This document shows positions 26,715-40,312 of a DNA stretch of 64,000 nucleotides, piece after piece. Position numbers and translations under genes: made by a program. This DNA is from Octopus sinensis (lineage: Eukaryota): the NCBI RefSeq assembly GCF_006345805.1, contig NC_042998.1, forward strand, positions 45,880,001 through 45,944,000, given 5' to 3'. Each line of letters starts with the position of its first letter. Positions within the stretch are counted from its first letter, which is position 1. Below the pieces are notes generated by a model. The model was given only the letters and a program-made list of their open reading frames with translations, ran no database searches and was not told the origin of the DNA.

Positions 26715-27720
26715 AAGTGGCATTTCACCCGTCGCTCCGTTCTGAATTCAACTTCCGTCGTCGTCGTTCTGAGTTCAAATTCCGCTGAGTTCGACTTCGC
26801 CTTACATCCATTCGGGGTCGATGAAATAATTACCAGTTGAGCACTGGGATTGATGCACTAACGTAGCTAGTGCCCGGGCGGCACTTTTGGGTCTGCTGTA
26901 GGTAATATGTGTTTTTTGTGGGGTCTGGGGCGGCAAACGGAGGGGCCGCCCCGGGTAGCACACACTCTAGCTACGCTAGTGGGTTGATGTTATCGACTTA
27001 CCCACCTCACTCGAAATTACTAGCGTTACGCCAAAATTTGAAGCCATTATTATCAGTGCTGGGCAAAGGCAGTGAGATGGCAGAATCGTTAGCACACCAG
27101 GGAAAATGCTTAGCGTTATTTCGTCCGTCTTTATTTTCTGAGTTCAAATTCTGCCGAGGTTGACTTTGCCTTTCATCTTGTCAGGGTCGGTAAAATAAGT
27201 ACCAATTGCTGGCCTTACTGCCAAAATTAGAAAGAATTGATATTAGCACTTGCAAAGACTATGAGCTGAGTGAATTGTAAGAACGCCGGACAAAATGCGT
27301 AACGTCATTTACTCCGCCTTTTCATTCGGAGTTCAAATTTACCGTAGTCAACTCTGCCTTTCGTCCTTTCAATAAAATGATACTGGGGTCGATGTAATTA
27401 GTTTGTCCCTTTCCTTTCAAAATTCCTGGCAGAGTTATTATTAGAGCATCAGACAAAGATGACTTGCAGTATTTGATCCGGCTTCTTACGAGGTCAACTT
27501 TTCCTATCAAAAGGGCAATGAGCTGGCAGAATCGTTAGAGCGTCGGGAAAATGCCTTGCTCTGTTTATTCCAACTCTTCGACTTCTGAGATTGAACGCCA
27601 CTGAAGTCATCTTTGCTTTTCATCCTTTCATGGGGGTGAATTCGATAAAATAAAGTACCAGTAATATACTGGAGTCGTTAGTATCGACTAATCCCATTCC
27701 CTTAACATTTTCTGGCCCTG
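26715..27720 (+). mobile_element. Cluster of about four decayed family-B-like SINEs
   Basis: Repeated degenerate ggcagaatcgttag...gagttcaaatt...gactttgcctttcatc motifs. Confidence 0.65.
26856..26981. mobile_element. Short hAT-like MITE nested in a SINE
   Basis: TIRs cactaacgtagctag / ctagctacgctagtg; 8-bp flanks gattgatg / ggttgatg. Confidence 0.65.
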
Positions 27721-27768
27721 TGCCAAAATCAGAAACCTTTATCATATTATTATTGTTTCCAATGCGGG

Positions 27769-27929
27769 CAGTGACATAGCTAGAATGTGTGCTACTCACA
27801 ACAGTTTTTGAGTTTGTCTTGCCCCCGTCTCCTATACAAGCTTATTCAGCAGACCCAACAGGGCCGCCGCTATAAAAGCGTCGCCTGGGGCTGACCCCCC
27901 TACACTCCCTTCCTCTAGCTACGCTACTG
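27769..27929. mobile_element. hAT-like MITE, same TIR family
   Basis: cagtgacatagctaga...tctagctacgctactg; degenerate 8-bp flanks aatgcggg / gatacggg. Confidence 0.6.
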
Positions 27930-28178
27930 GATACGGGCGGTAGATTGGTAGAATCGTCCGAGTGTCGGACAAAATACCTTGCGAATTTCTTCCGGCTCTT
28001 CGCGTTCTCTTGTGACCAATCTGGATTGTAGACTTAATCCTTCTTTAAGTTTAGCACCACCATCGTCACCTGGCCCCTACGTGCCTTCATCGGAGTTCAT
28101 TCTGTTGCATGAATTTAGCCTCGGACTCCCACTCTTTCTCCCACCGACTCAGCGGCCCTCAAGAGTTTCATAGGCATT

Positions 28179-28335
28179 CAGTGTCGAAGCTAGAGTGCGT
28201 TCCATCCGGGGTAGCCCTTGTATTTGCCTCCCCCATCCAAGCCCCTAAGCTTATGCAGACTAATACCAAAGACCCGAAAGTACTTCCTTCATAAAAGCAT
28301 CGCCAGGGGCGGACCATCACCTCGCTACGCTACTT
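28179..28335. mobile_element. hAT-like MITE, same TIR family, more decayed
   Basis: cagtgtcgaagctaga...cgctacgctactt; flanks share gcatt. Confidence 0.5.
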
Positions 28336-28560
28336 AGAGCATTGTCTTTTTCCCGCAAACGTTAAAAAAAGTTGTAAAGTTGACTTCACAGTTGAGGGAT
28401 CAAGTAAAGGAAGCACAAACAATGTATATATATATATATATATATATAGTCAATTATTCAGTGAACAAACAATTAAAAAAAAAACACGAATAAAAACGAA
28501 AAGAGAAAAGAACGAAGTGCGGAAGAACATGTGTAGTCAACGGCTATCCAGCATTATGTG

Positions 28561-28607
<47 letters not shown>

Positions 28608-28646
28608 ACGTGTGTTTGTGTGTGTGTGTGTGCCGGTGTGTATATT

Positions 28647-28685
<39 letters not shown>

Positions 28686-28808
28686 TTTTAGATTTTTTTA
28701 TATATCTTTTATATATTATATATATATTAATATCATTATTTTATTTTATTTATAGTTTTAATAGTGAATTTATTTATTTATCTATGTATTTATATATTTT
28801 TATAAATA

Positions 28809-30084
28809 TTGGGTTGGCAACTAAATTCCCGCCGTTTTTTTTTTAAATTTAAATTTTTTCAAAGGTTTAATAATAAAAAAAATAACAACTAATTAATCAA
28901 TAACCTTGTTGTTTACAATTTCTTCCCAACGTTCAAAAAGATTTTCAATACCTCGTTGGTACAAATCATCCAATTTCGACTCGAAAAATTGATCCAATCA
29001 AGCTCTCAATTCTGCAGCAGTATTGAACGAAACTCTGCGCATAGCATTTGAGAAAGGTCGAATCCGTTGGTGTCAAATCAGGAGAGTACGGCGGATGTGG
29101 CAGCACTTCCCAGCCGTGCGTTTGAATGGCTTCCTTGGTCATACTGGCGATATGAGGGCGGGTGTTGTCGTGCAGCAGAAGAACTCCATGCTGCCGATTA
29201 GGTCTTTTCTCTTGAATAGCCGTGTTGAATCGTTCCATCTGTTGAACGTAGAGTTCCGCATTGATCGTTTGGTTCCGTTCAAGCAATTCGTAATGGATAA
29301 TCCCTTCCCATTCCCACCATACCCACAACATCGTTTTACGCAGATGAAGATCTTGTTTTACAAGCGGTGGCGCTTGTTTACCGGGGTTAAGCCATTCCTT
29401 ACGCTGCTTCATATTGATGTACAGGCACCATTTTTCGTCACCAGTAACGATTCGGTAAAGAAATCGTTGCTTGTGTCCATGAGTTGAGCGGTGACGAGCA
29501 AGCAAACCAGCGGAGATAGTGGCTCGTTGATTTTTGTTGTTGTCACTTAAAGCATGCGGACCCATGCTCCATACTTCTGAACCTTTCCCATCGAGTGAAG
29601 ATGCTTCTCAATAGCAGTGTAGGAGCATTCCATTTTCTCTGCCAGTTCCCTTGTCGTCTGACGAGAATTTTCGTGCCAAAATTGGTTTAATCGTTCTTCA
29701 TCGAACTCAACTGGACGGCCAGAACGAGGTGCGTCTTTGAGGTCAAAATTTCTATTTTTGAACTTGGCACACCAATCACGAGCGGTTCTTTCAGCTATGG
29801 CGCCCTCTCCATACACAGCACAAATGTCGCGAGCAGCTTTTGCGGCCTTAGAACCTTGATTAAAAGCGAAAAGGAGGTGTCGAATATGCTCGTTTTTCTT
29901 AATTTGACATTCCATTTTAATGATCTGAAAATAAACAAAAATTAACTAAAATTAACTAGGAAAAACAAAATAGATTCCAAATTGATTCAAAAATAGAATT
30001 CTCGGAAAAAATAGATTCCAAAATTTAAAAACGCAATAAATTCCAAAATTTAAAAAAACAGCGGGAACTTAGTTGCCAACCCAA
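28809..30084 (-). mobile_element. Full-length (1276 bp) mariner DD34D transposon with a frameshifted transposase
   Basis: TA TSD and TIRs ttgggttggcaactaa / ttagttgccaacccaa. ORF pieces 29547-29915 (HTH, RSGRP) and 28966-29565 (IVTGDEKW, LLHDNTRPH, HPPYSPDLTPTD). Frameshift at the WVPHAL motif. Confidence 0.95.
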
Positions 30085-30215
30085 TAAAAAAAAACATTTT
30101 TATATTGTAAAAATTGTAAATTTTATATATATATATATATATGTGTGCGTGCGTGTGTATTTTTTTTAATGTGTACATATGTATATATATCTACATACAT
30201 ACATACATACATACA

Positions 30216-30251
<36 letters not shown>

Positions 30252-30255
30252 TATA

Positions 30256-33200
30256 TTGTGGGGAGTGCAGATGAGGCTCATTAGCCGTGATGAAGACAAC
30301 TCTTCTAGGAGAGGGACACTCTGGCATAAAACCAGGTCATGGTAATGACAGTCCCTTAACTGACTGCACTGTCAAAGCCGTGACTGTTGAAGGGGCAGAC
30401 TGGGCTCCTGTTTTCAAACGAAGCCGTAATCAGGACAACCAGTAAAGGAGAATAAAGCTCTGAATTCAAATTGACTTACCACTGCTGGTTTACCGTATCC
30501 TTTTGAGGAGAAGCCTAGGAGAAGGTACTCCGATATAAAACCTGCAGTCAAGTTAGTACTAGTCATCTTACTTTGCTTGTTACTGAATCTACTATTTTTG
30601 ACCCAGGGAGTGGCTAAAGTGTTGTACACGCGTTTGTCACTGAAATCCAATGAAGAACAGATGTCCCCGACAAAAAACCATCGTCGTACAATCATCACTT
30701 TTCAAAAGCCCTATGGCGATAGAAGCGTGGTGACGTATGCAGACTTAACTGGTTGGAAGCATACAGTTACAAATTTGCACATAAGGCGGCAGGGTTCTTA
30801 TTTTAACATTGCTAACATGTTTTCATGGACAGGAACGGTTTTCGGTAGAGAATCCTGTGTCTGAGCAGCCCTTTTAAGGAGAACACTGCTCACCTGGATA
30901 TACTCGGAAGGTGCTAGAAAAGGTGCACTAAAAAATTGTTTGTTCTCTCTCTGCTGGTTAGTTTACTGCGGCTAACGGTGGTTCAATTTAGCAGGAATGA
31001 ACAAAGATTTGATATAAACAATGATAAGTTTGCAAGGAATAATGTTTCTCTTAACCTGGCCTGTTGGAATGTGAGAACTCTTTTAGATCGAGCAGATAGA
31101 CCAGAAAGAAGAACAGCTCTAGTAACTTAGGAGCTAAGGCGTCTTAATGTTGATACTGCAGCTCTTTCTGAAACAAGATGTTCAGATGAAAATCATCTTG
31201 TCGAAAGAGCGGCAGGTTTCACATTATTCTAGGATGGGAAGCCGAAGGGAGAGAAAAGGGAAGGTGGTGTTGGATTTGCAATTAGACGTGATTTGCTAAA
31301 AGACCTAGAACAACCACAAAGCATAAGTACATGCATAATGAAACTCCGGATCCCTCTTTCTTGTGGACGTTTTGTAACTGTTTTCCCTATTTATGCTCTT
31401 AGACTTTCAGCTAGAGAGGAAACTATCCATGCACTTTATGAGGAGCTTAGAAGAAGTATTCTGTCAGTCCCTTTGAATGAGAAGTTGGCTATGCTTGGTG
31501 ACTTTAATGCACGTGTTGGTAGAGACTATGGTACCTGGAATGTACTTGGGCGTTATGGAATAGGAAAGGTAAACAACAATGGGTTGCATCAGCTACAAAT
31601 GTGCTCTGAGCTAGGGTTGATTGTTGGAAATACTTTCTTTCATCATAAGATGAAACATAAAGTTACCTGGATTCATCCAAGATCAAAGCAAGGTCACATA
31701 ATTGACTTTGTATTAACTCGGAAAGCTGACTTACAAGATTTGTGCTGTCTCAGAGTATTGCGAGGTGCTGATTGTGATACTGATCACAAAATGGTTAGAG
31801 CCAAGTTCTAGTTCAGGGTCCGTAAGAAGATTCGTAGCGCTGGTGTACGGGTACCAAAGAAAATTGATGTAGAGCAGCTAAAACAACCACAAGTTTTGCA
31901 ATGTTCGTTTTGAAGGTTCATGGCAATCTTTCCGTGATGGAATATATAAAATGAGATCAGAGGTGTTAGGTTTTAAGAGGAGACAACAATGAGACTGGTT
32001 TGATTCCAATGATACAGTGATAAATGAGCTTTTAGCAACAAAGACGTCCACTCATGAAAAGCTTCTTGACCCAAACGTTAAGAAGAAAGTGCAACTAAAA
32101 AGTCTCAGAAAGCAGACTTGCAAAAACAACTCAGGAGGCTTAAAGACACTTGGTGGAGAAATTTGTCTGAGGAAGTACAGGCAGCCTATGACAGGAATGA
32201 TATTAAAAGTTTCTATAGTTTATTGCGGCAAGCTTTTGGACAGCAATCTTCATCATCATATGTTCCCTTGAAGTCAAAAGATGGAAATGAGGTTATTAAA
32301 GATCCTCTTCGAATAATGAATAGATGGAGAGAACACTCTGCAGATCTTTTCCACAATCCATCTGTAGTGAACATGGACATCATAAATAACATTCCGCAAA
32401 GAGTGATATGGATGATACACCTTCCATTGAAGAAGTAAATCTGGCATTATGTAAACTGAGATCAGATAAAGCTCCTGGATTGGATAGTATTCCAGTTCAA
32501 ATACTGAAAGTAGGTGAGGATCGTATTTCGTTTGAAATTCATAACCTGATAACTCGAGTTTGGAATGAATCTTCTGTGCCACAAGAATTGATAAATGGCA
32601 TTCTAATCTCTGTACACAAGGGTAAGGGCCCGAAAGCAGTGTGTGATAATTCTAGAGGGATAACTCTTCTGGCACATACCGGGAAGATACTTTCAAGGAT
32701 CATGTCAGATCGTCTTGTTGAGAATGTGCGTCCACATGGGATTCCTGAAGAACAGTGTGGTTTCAGACCTGAGCGAAGAACAATGGACATGATATTTTCT
32801 GTGAAGCAGGTTCAAGAGAAATGCTTAGAGGAATAAATGCTACTATACCAGGTTTTCATAGATTTAACTAAGGCATTTGACATGGTAAACAGGGAGGCAC
32901 TGTGGATTGTTTTGTGTAAACTTGGTTGCCCAACACATTTTGTGAGAATTTTTAAGGAACTATATAGAAACATGAAAGCTCAGATAGTCTTTAATGGTGA
33001 GCTATCTCATGAATTTTCGGAGGACAACGGTGTCAAAAAGGGAGATATTCCTGCCCCTAAACTTTTCTCCATTTATTTTGCTGCATTACTTTGGTATGCT
33101 TTCAAGGATCGCAACAGGGGAATCGGAATCAGATTTCGGACATCTGGTCGTATTTTTAATTTGACTCAGTTTAACTGCAAAGCAAAGACTTTCAAAATAC

Positions 33201-34440
33201 TTGTTAGAGAATTACTTTATGCTGATGATGCTGATTTGTTGGCACACTCAGAGGGTGATATGCAACATTTAATGTGTACATTTCGGACTCACAATTAGTT
33301 TGGGGAAAACTAAAGTAATGTTTACTCTCGTACCAGGACAAACATCCTGAACCAAACATTTTTGCGAATGGAACAAGGCTAGAAGTCGTTGACACCTTTG
33401 TTTACCTAGGAAGCACACTGTCAAGAGATGGTAGTCTTGATGCACAGATGTACTATCGAATTGGGAAGGGAACTATTATATTTGGAAAGCTCGAAAAGCG
33501 AGTATGGGCGGATAGAAGCATTACCCTGCAGACAAAAATCAGTATCTATCAATCGTGTTTATCGTCTGCACTTCTGTATTCAAGTGAAACATGGACCACT
33601 TACAAGCGTCACATAAAAATGCTGGAGAGATTCCATCAAAAGTGCCTCAGATATATCTAAGAAGTCAAGTGGGAATGATTCATACCAGATACAGAGGTTT
33701 TGCGCATGGCACATTGCAGCTCAGTTGAGCATGTTATCTTGGCTCAAATGAGATAGACTGGATATGCTATTAGAATGAAAGACAAGCGTTTGCTAAAGCG
33801 TCTTTTTTATGGTGAGCTCAACTCTGGTAAGCGACCACAACATAAACCGAGGAAAAGATATAAAGACTGTGTGAAGGAAAACCTGAAGAAACTAGATATG
33901 AACAAAAGTGATTGGAAAAATGATGCTCTAGATCGGAACAAGTGGAGAGGTGCCGTTAGGACTGGTTGTAATGCCTGGGAGAAAAAGATGATTCAGTACT
34001 CTGAACTTAAAAGGACCTGTCGCAAAGGAACAATTAGAACAATAATCAACAGTGAACATTGGATGTGTATTATATGTGACCGTGTTCTGTTGTCAAAAGC
34101 AGGATACCTGAACCATATGTAATCACATGAAAATCAAAATGCCTAAATAGGTAATGATCCTGGACACCAACCGCCTCTTACAACGTGTGTCACATGTCAA
34201 AAAACTTGTAAGACAATATCTGGACTTAAAAGACATATGCTAGTTCACAAAAACATCCCTTCAGAATCAGATTCCAAATGGCAAAAATATAGAAGAACCT
34301 TAAATAATATCTGTCACTTGGGTTTTAAACCCTGTCAGGCAGCAGCTGAGTGATTGTAATATGTGATGAGGTGTGGTGTGTGCGTTGATGGGACGGCTAT
34401 CATTTCTCAAGATGAAGCAATTATCATGTATGTATGTATG
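30256..34440 (+). mobile_element. Near-full-length, decayed RTE-clade LINE (APE, RT and C-terminal zinc fingers)
   Basis: APE motifs LACWNVRTLLD, MLGDFNARVG, IDFVL and TDHKMV; RT motifs QCGFRP, FIDLTKAFDMV and LLYADD; several stops and frameshifts; ends in a (TATG)n tail. Confidence 0.95.
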
Positions 34441-35048
34441 ATCGTTCGTTCCTTTCTAATTTTAATTATTTGAAATCTTATTTCTAGTAACCAATGTACT
34501 TAAACTTACACACACACGCGCGCGCTCAAGAGTGGAAAATATTTATGGCTTACGTAACTAGCGTAATTTAAGCAAAATTGAGCTAAGAAATATAACTTAG
34601 TGACCAGTGACATGTATTTGAGCGACATAGACAAATGCATATTTAGCAAATACCATACATGTATGTGTGTTTATGTGTGTGTATGTGTGTGCGCGTTGAT
34701 GGCTCTCCATTCGTGACCAAGGATAACAATCACTGACCATTGCCCATGCAAAATGTCAGCAATGCCTGTACATGAGGTTGTTGCAACTGCAGTCGGCTTC
34801 TCCCAGTTTCGCGCCCGCAGCTTCCATGCTCGCCGTTAGCGCCCTCCAACATGACCGGGCATCCCATCTAACAACCGTTTCTGCTTCCAATGTCCCACAG
34901 TGATGCCAAAGAAAATTCTGAGAATAATATTCGTCATATTTTATACCACATCAGATCTGGATTATGGAGCTTCATCAGAGTGAAGAAAAATACATAAAAG
35001 AAAAGAAAAAGAGCCTCGAGAGGAGGAATGTGTGTGTGTGTGTGTGTG

Positions 35049-35208
35049 TATAATAAGGGTAACTATTGAGTAACGCTACATGCTAGAAGTAGACGCCAAA
35101 TGGCTCTAAAACTATCAGCTAGTGTCTATGTGATGCATAAGGTAGTTTTATAGCCACTTGGCGTCTACTTCTAGCATGTGGCGCTACTCAGCTGTTGCCC
35201 TTATTATA
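35049..35208. mobile_element. Palindromic MITE-like element with ~65-bp imperfect arms
   Basis: tataataagggtaac...ctacatgctagaagtagacgccaa / ttggcgtctacttctagcatgtgg...gttgcccttattata. Confidence 0.7.
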
Positions 35209-36012
35209 ATTATATTTATAAAATATTGTATTAATTTTTACCTAAATGGCTTCTTGCATGCTAGCTACTTGACAAAATCCTATGTAGATTTTACTCTTAA
35301 TTATAATAATAGATGCACACACACAAACATATCTATATAGAGAGGGGGCGGGAGAAGAGAGAAGAGGAAGAGAGAGGGGCGAGGGGGGAAGAGAGAAGAG
35401 GGAAGAGAAGAGGGGGAAGAGAGAAGGGGAAGAGAGCGGGGAGTCGTATTTTTCTTTTTTATTAAAGGAATAAACAGCATTTAGGGACACCTAGTTCTAA
35501 TTCTGGCCGGACGAAGGGGAAGAACTGCTGCAACATCTTATGTAGAAGTCAATGGAATAGTTTACTGTATATGTTATTAGTCAGGCGTAAATCGAAAAAC
35601 GAGTTCGCAGACAACAAAGATGTAAATGAGATGGACTGATGTCATCAAAACCTGGTGACAGCATGAAATTTCAGTGTACGGCAAAAAAAACGGCGGTTGG
35701 ATGTGCAGCTTCGACCTTCAACTATGAGAACGGAAATATTCATTCATTCATTTATTCCTTCATTCATTCAGTCAATAGTTATTCATTCACTCACTTATAG
35801 TCAGTTATAGTAAAATTCATTCGAACATGAAAAGTAGGTAAATGTAGTTTGGTATTAGCAGCAGATACAAATGAATGACAAGGAGGCTATTTTAAGTTAA
35901 TCCTGATAGCTCGCCTTTGGAGTTTCTTACTCTGATTTTCCACAAATGAATTTAATCAATCCAACCTGGTGAGAAGAGATTTTGTATATATTGTATATTA
36001 TACATATATATA

Positions 36013-36608
36013 TATTTCTTTACTACCCACAAGGGGCTAAACGCAGAGAGGACAAACAAGGACAGACAAACGGATTAAACCGATTATATCGACCCCAATG
36101 CGTAACTGATTCTTAATTTATCGACCCCGAAAGGATGAAAGGCAAAGTCGACCTCGGTGGAATTTGAACTCAGAACGTAACGGCAGGCGAAATACCTATT
36201 TCTTTATTACCCACAAGGGGCTAAACACAGAGGACAGACAAGGACAGACAAACGGATTAAACCGATTATATCGACCCCAATGCGTAACTGGTACTTAATT
36301 TATCGACCCCGAAAGGATGAAAGGCAAAGTCGACCTCGGTGGAATTTGAACTCGGAACGTAACGGCAGGCGAAATACCTATTTCTTTATTACCCACAAGG
36401 GGCTAAACACAGAGGGGACAAACAAGGACAGACATAGGTATTAAGTCGATTACATCGACCCCAGTGCGTAACTGGTACTTAATTTATCGACCCCGAAAGG
36501 ATGAAAGGCAAAGTCGACCTCGGCGGATTTTGAACTCACAACGTAACGCAGGCGAAATACCGCTAAGCATTTCGCCCGGCGTGCTAACGATTCTGCCAGC
36601 TCGCCGCC
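36013..36608 (-). mobile_element. Tandem trimer of SINE family B (one full head plus two ~180-bp headless repeats)
   Basis: Three successive body copies joined at gcgaaatacctatttc. Confidence 0.9.
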
Positions 36609-36795
36609 TTATACATATATATATAGAATATGAAGGGTTTAGTTCGCTGGTAATCTAAACCAATAGGTTCGCTGTGTAACTGCTATAATTGATCATCCGA
36701 TAGGTTAGAAGGTCACAGCTGAAACTGGAGCTTGGGATCCGTAGCAGGCGCTTCCGAGTCAGCATTTGATATATTCTTTTCCTTTAATATATATA

Positions 36796-36898
<103 letters not shown>

Positions 36899-38366
36899 GG
36901 AGAATTCACAAAAAATTAGATTTCCACTATTACAACAGAACTGGCTATTTGCAGCCTTTCTTTCTTAGAACTGGAATTCCCTCCTCGCCCATATTTTTGC
37001 AGGCATCAATCTCTAATTATTCACGCTGAACATGATCCACATCAATATCTTCAAGGAAGCTTGTATGTAGTCTACTCGACATACTAAAGGGAGCAATCGC
37101 TTCTTTAAACTACACCTTTTCGTCTCTTTGAATTGATAAACGCACTGGATAATGTAGTCTGAAGAGCTCACTATTTTTAAAAGGTATTTGAGTTTAGTCT
37201 GCATGATCAAGAGCGATTTAGGGCAAAACAGCAGCAGCAGTAATAACAACAACAACATTCCACTAGTGTCAGAGGACCCGACGCGAAATCCCCCGTTTTT
37301 TCTCAAAAATTCCTCCATAAATTACAAAATAAGGGGACGGGAGGAAATCTGCCCTATTTTTCAAATCCTGGAAGCAGGATAATAATCTAATTCTACACTT
37401 TATCACATTCAAGAATATAAACACGTTTTTAAGCTCAACACACGCGGAGTCAAAAAGAAACACTACCTTTCACCGGCACTGCGTGAACGACAGTGCTATC
37501 TCTCTCTCTAGCGTGAAGTTTCCTATCTCGGACATGTGAGCATGCGCCCAACTGCCAAACACCGCGTCGCTGGAACGGTAAAGCGCACAGTGCTATACAA
37601 GGATTAAAATTTTTTTTTTTCATAAACTAGGGGATGGCTATTGACATTAAGGCTAAGAATTATATAATGTACAAGTATGAAGAAATATTTAAAGAAAAAA
37701 AGGATCATTATATTGAATGTTATCGATAATATCGAGTGGAAATAGGGGGTGCTGTAGTAATGTAGTTCCTATACACGAGCCGCCACTGCCGTGGAATTCT
37801 TGTACTGGTGAGAGTCCGGGCCGTTTTAACATACTTATAGGACCCCAGGCAAAGCAATGGACGAAAACTCCTACATGCACGACAACAACATTAATAGATT
37901 AGTATGGGCCCCCTCGACATGTAAGACTCTTAGGTAACTGCTCAATGTGCTTGTGTACAGAAATGGCACTAGTAAAATCTGGTAACTATAAAAATCTGAT
38001 CAAAGTAATCGATTAACTAACTGGTTAATAATAATAGAAGAGAAATATAACCATTGTGTGTGTCTTTGTGATACAATGACTCTTCTAAATTTTAACATTT
38101 GTGTCAATTGATGCGATTTCGCATCAAGAGTCTTTCAGATAATAATACAAAAACTAAATATATAAATCTAACCAAATTAAAGAGGGTTGCAGATCAAGTG
38201 GAGACCACTCTTGCAAAGATTGATGTTGCAAGGGACGTAACTCATAAGAATACAAACACCGCCCTTTTTCCTGTTCATCGTCGCTGTTAATATCTAAAAC
38301 TTTTATGTGTTTATATTGTATATATTTCGAAATAGCGACTGGAAACAAAACAAATATATTTTAAAG

Positions 38367-38707
38367 ATGAATATTAAATGGAAAATTATACCAAAATCGA
38401 GATTGGACAAGGTTGCTTTTTCTACAATTTTGATAGGCATTCATATTGCTAAATGGTTTTATCATACGGAAATTTTACCTTCCAGATTCAAACATCTACC
38501 TTGGCATGATCCCGTTTACCTACTTCATTTTACCTTTAGTGTAATTTGTTATTTTAATGTTATGGTTTGCATTTGGAAGATAAGTTCTACAGATACAACC
38601 AGTGGTTCTGTGATCCTTCCGAGTGTTCTGAAACCTAAATGGTTTTACTGTTCAGTTTGCGTCTGCAACGCACCTCCGAGGTCTTTTCACTGTGACATTT
38701 GTGACAG
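38367..38707 (+). CDS. ZDHHC24: DHHC palmitoyltransferase (ZDHHC24-like), coding exon 1
   Basis: ATG at 38367, two TM-like segments, then WFYCSVCVCNAPPRSFHCDICDR; phase-2 donor ag|gtaagc at 38708. The start codon is inferred. Confidence 0.88.
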
Positions 38708-39542
38708 GTAAGCGTTAAAATGACTTTGTTACCTGCAGGAAGTGTTGTAAATATGTTGGTACTCAACTTAACTTTTAAGACGATAAAGTATTAATTGATT
38801 TAAAGTTCAACGCACCTTATTCACGATCGTATTACTACTAATGTACAAAAACAAGTTAAACCTCAGTTCTTCTGTAATGTGATTTGTTTAAAGCTTTTGA
38901 ATCAATAGTTCATGTAAAATAAGTTACATTGATATATTTTACATTCAATACAAATAATTTTACATTAGTATTTATACCAATGAACTTGCATGCATGAATT
39001 TAGTCGGTATGTAAGTTCACAACATATTTTCAACTGCTAACCTTTGTGAAAGAAAAGAAAAATAGCAGTTTATGCGTGTGTTTTAAAGAATCTACCAGTA
39101 TGTATTCGTGACATAATGTTATTTTATGTACTTTATATATATATATAGGTATGATTTCGAAATCCATCGCTTGCTCACTTCTATAAACTCGCTAACAATG
39201 AAGTAGATTAGCACTTAAATGACTACTAAAAAAAGCGGGGTAGTTCTTTTCTCGAGATGGCAAACGTGTGTCCATAGCTAAAGTGCATTCATTTCCTGTG
39301 AGAAGATATTTTGGTGAGCTTTCGACCTTTTGTGGGAGAGGTGTGTCTGCAGATGAAAGCTTGCATTTTAGATAAAAGATCAGTATTGAAATGCATTGTA
39401 GATGCGTACAATAAAACGTTTTATATTTTGGCTCTACTACGCCGGCAACCTATATTGGTTCTTAGAAAAATAGCTTTGTATGTACCATTTGAACGTTTAC
39501 CATTCTGCTATTACAAAGCATTATTTAGAAACTGTATCAAGG

Positions 39543-40040
39543 GGGCGAGCTGGCACAAACGTTAGCACGCCGGGCGAAATGCTTAGCAGTATTTCGTAGC
39601 GAAATAGGTATTTCGCTACGTTCTGAGTTCAAATTCCGCCGAGGTTGACTTTGCCTTTCATCCTTTCTGGGTCGATTAAATAAGTACCAGTTATATAATC
39701 GACTTAATCCGTTTGTCTGTCCTTGTTTGTCCTCTCTGTGTTTAGCCCCTTGTGGGTAGTAAAGAAATAGGTATTTCGCTACGTGCTGAGTTCAAATTCT
39801 GCCGAGGTCGACTTTGCCTTTCATCCTTTCGGGGTCGATAAATTGAGTATCAGTGAAATACTAGGGTCGATGTTATCGACTAAACCCCATACCTCCAAAT
39901 TTCAGACCTTGTGTCTATAATAGAAAAGGATTATTATGGTGAGCTGGCAGAATCGTTAAGCGCACCGGGCGAAATGCTTACCGTTATTTCATCAGTCTTT
40001 GTGTTCTGAGTTCAAATTTTACCAAGGTTGACTTTGCCTT
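39543..40040 (+). mobile_element. SINE family B copies (partial dimer plus a truncated copy) in the ZDHHC24 intron
   Basis: Tail gaaataggtatttcg runs directly into a second body at ~39775; another head at ~39937. Confidence 0.85.
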
Positions 40041-40275
40041 CCAGTTTAGAGAATTTTACACAATTGTTACTATATACTTAATTACATAAATATTCCACAT
40101 TAAAATACAAAATTGAAGAAAGCACACTCTTAAGTGAAGGAAGTAGTAAAGGTAAAAACAGTGGACGTACTCCATTATTTATATCCTTAAATTTTCAGAA
40201 GCTAAAATTCTTGGGACCATCATTCTAGATAGAAAAAACCCCCCATTTTATTGATTCTTTTGTGCAACCAGTTTA

Positions 40276-40312
<37 letters not shown>

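Noticed and set aside
37013-37318. 101-aa minus-strand ORF upstream of ZDHHC24, and a nearby short peptide MSSRLHTSFLEDIDVDHVQRE
   Set aside because: No recognisable domain; the poly-Leu comes from a trinucleotide repeat and adjacent frames have stops. It cannot be supported without a homology search.
38307-38366. N-terminal extension of the ZDHHC ORF given by the ORF track
   Set aside because: It starts at a non-ATG codon; the first ATG is at 38367 and gives a length in line with ZDHHC24.
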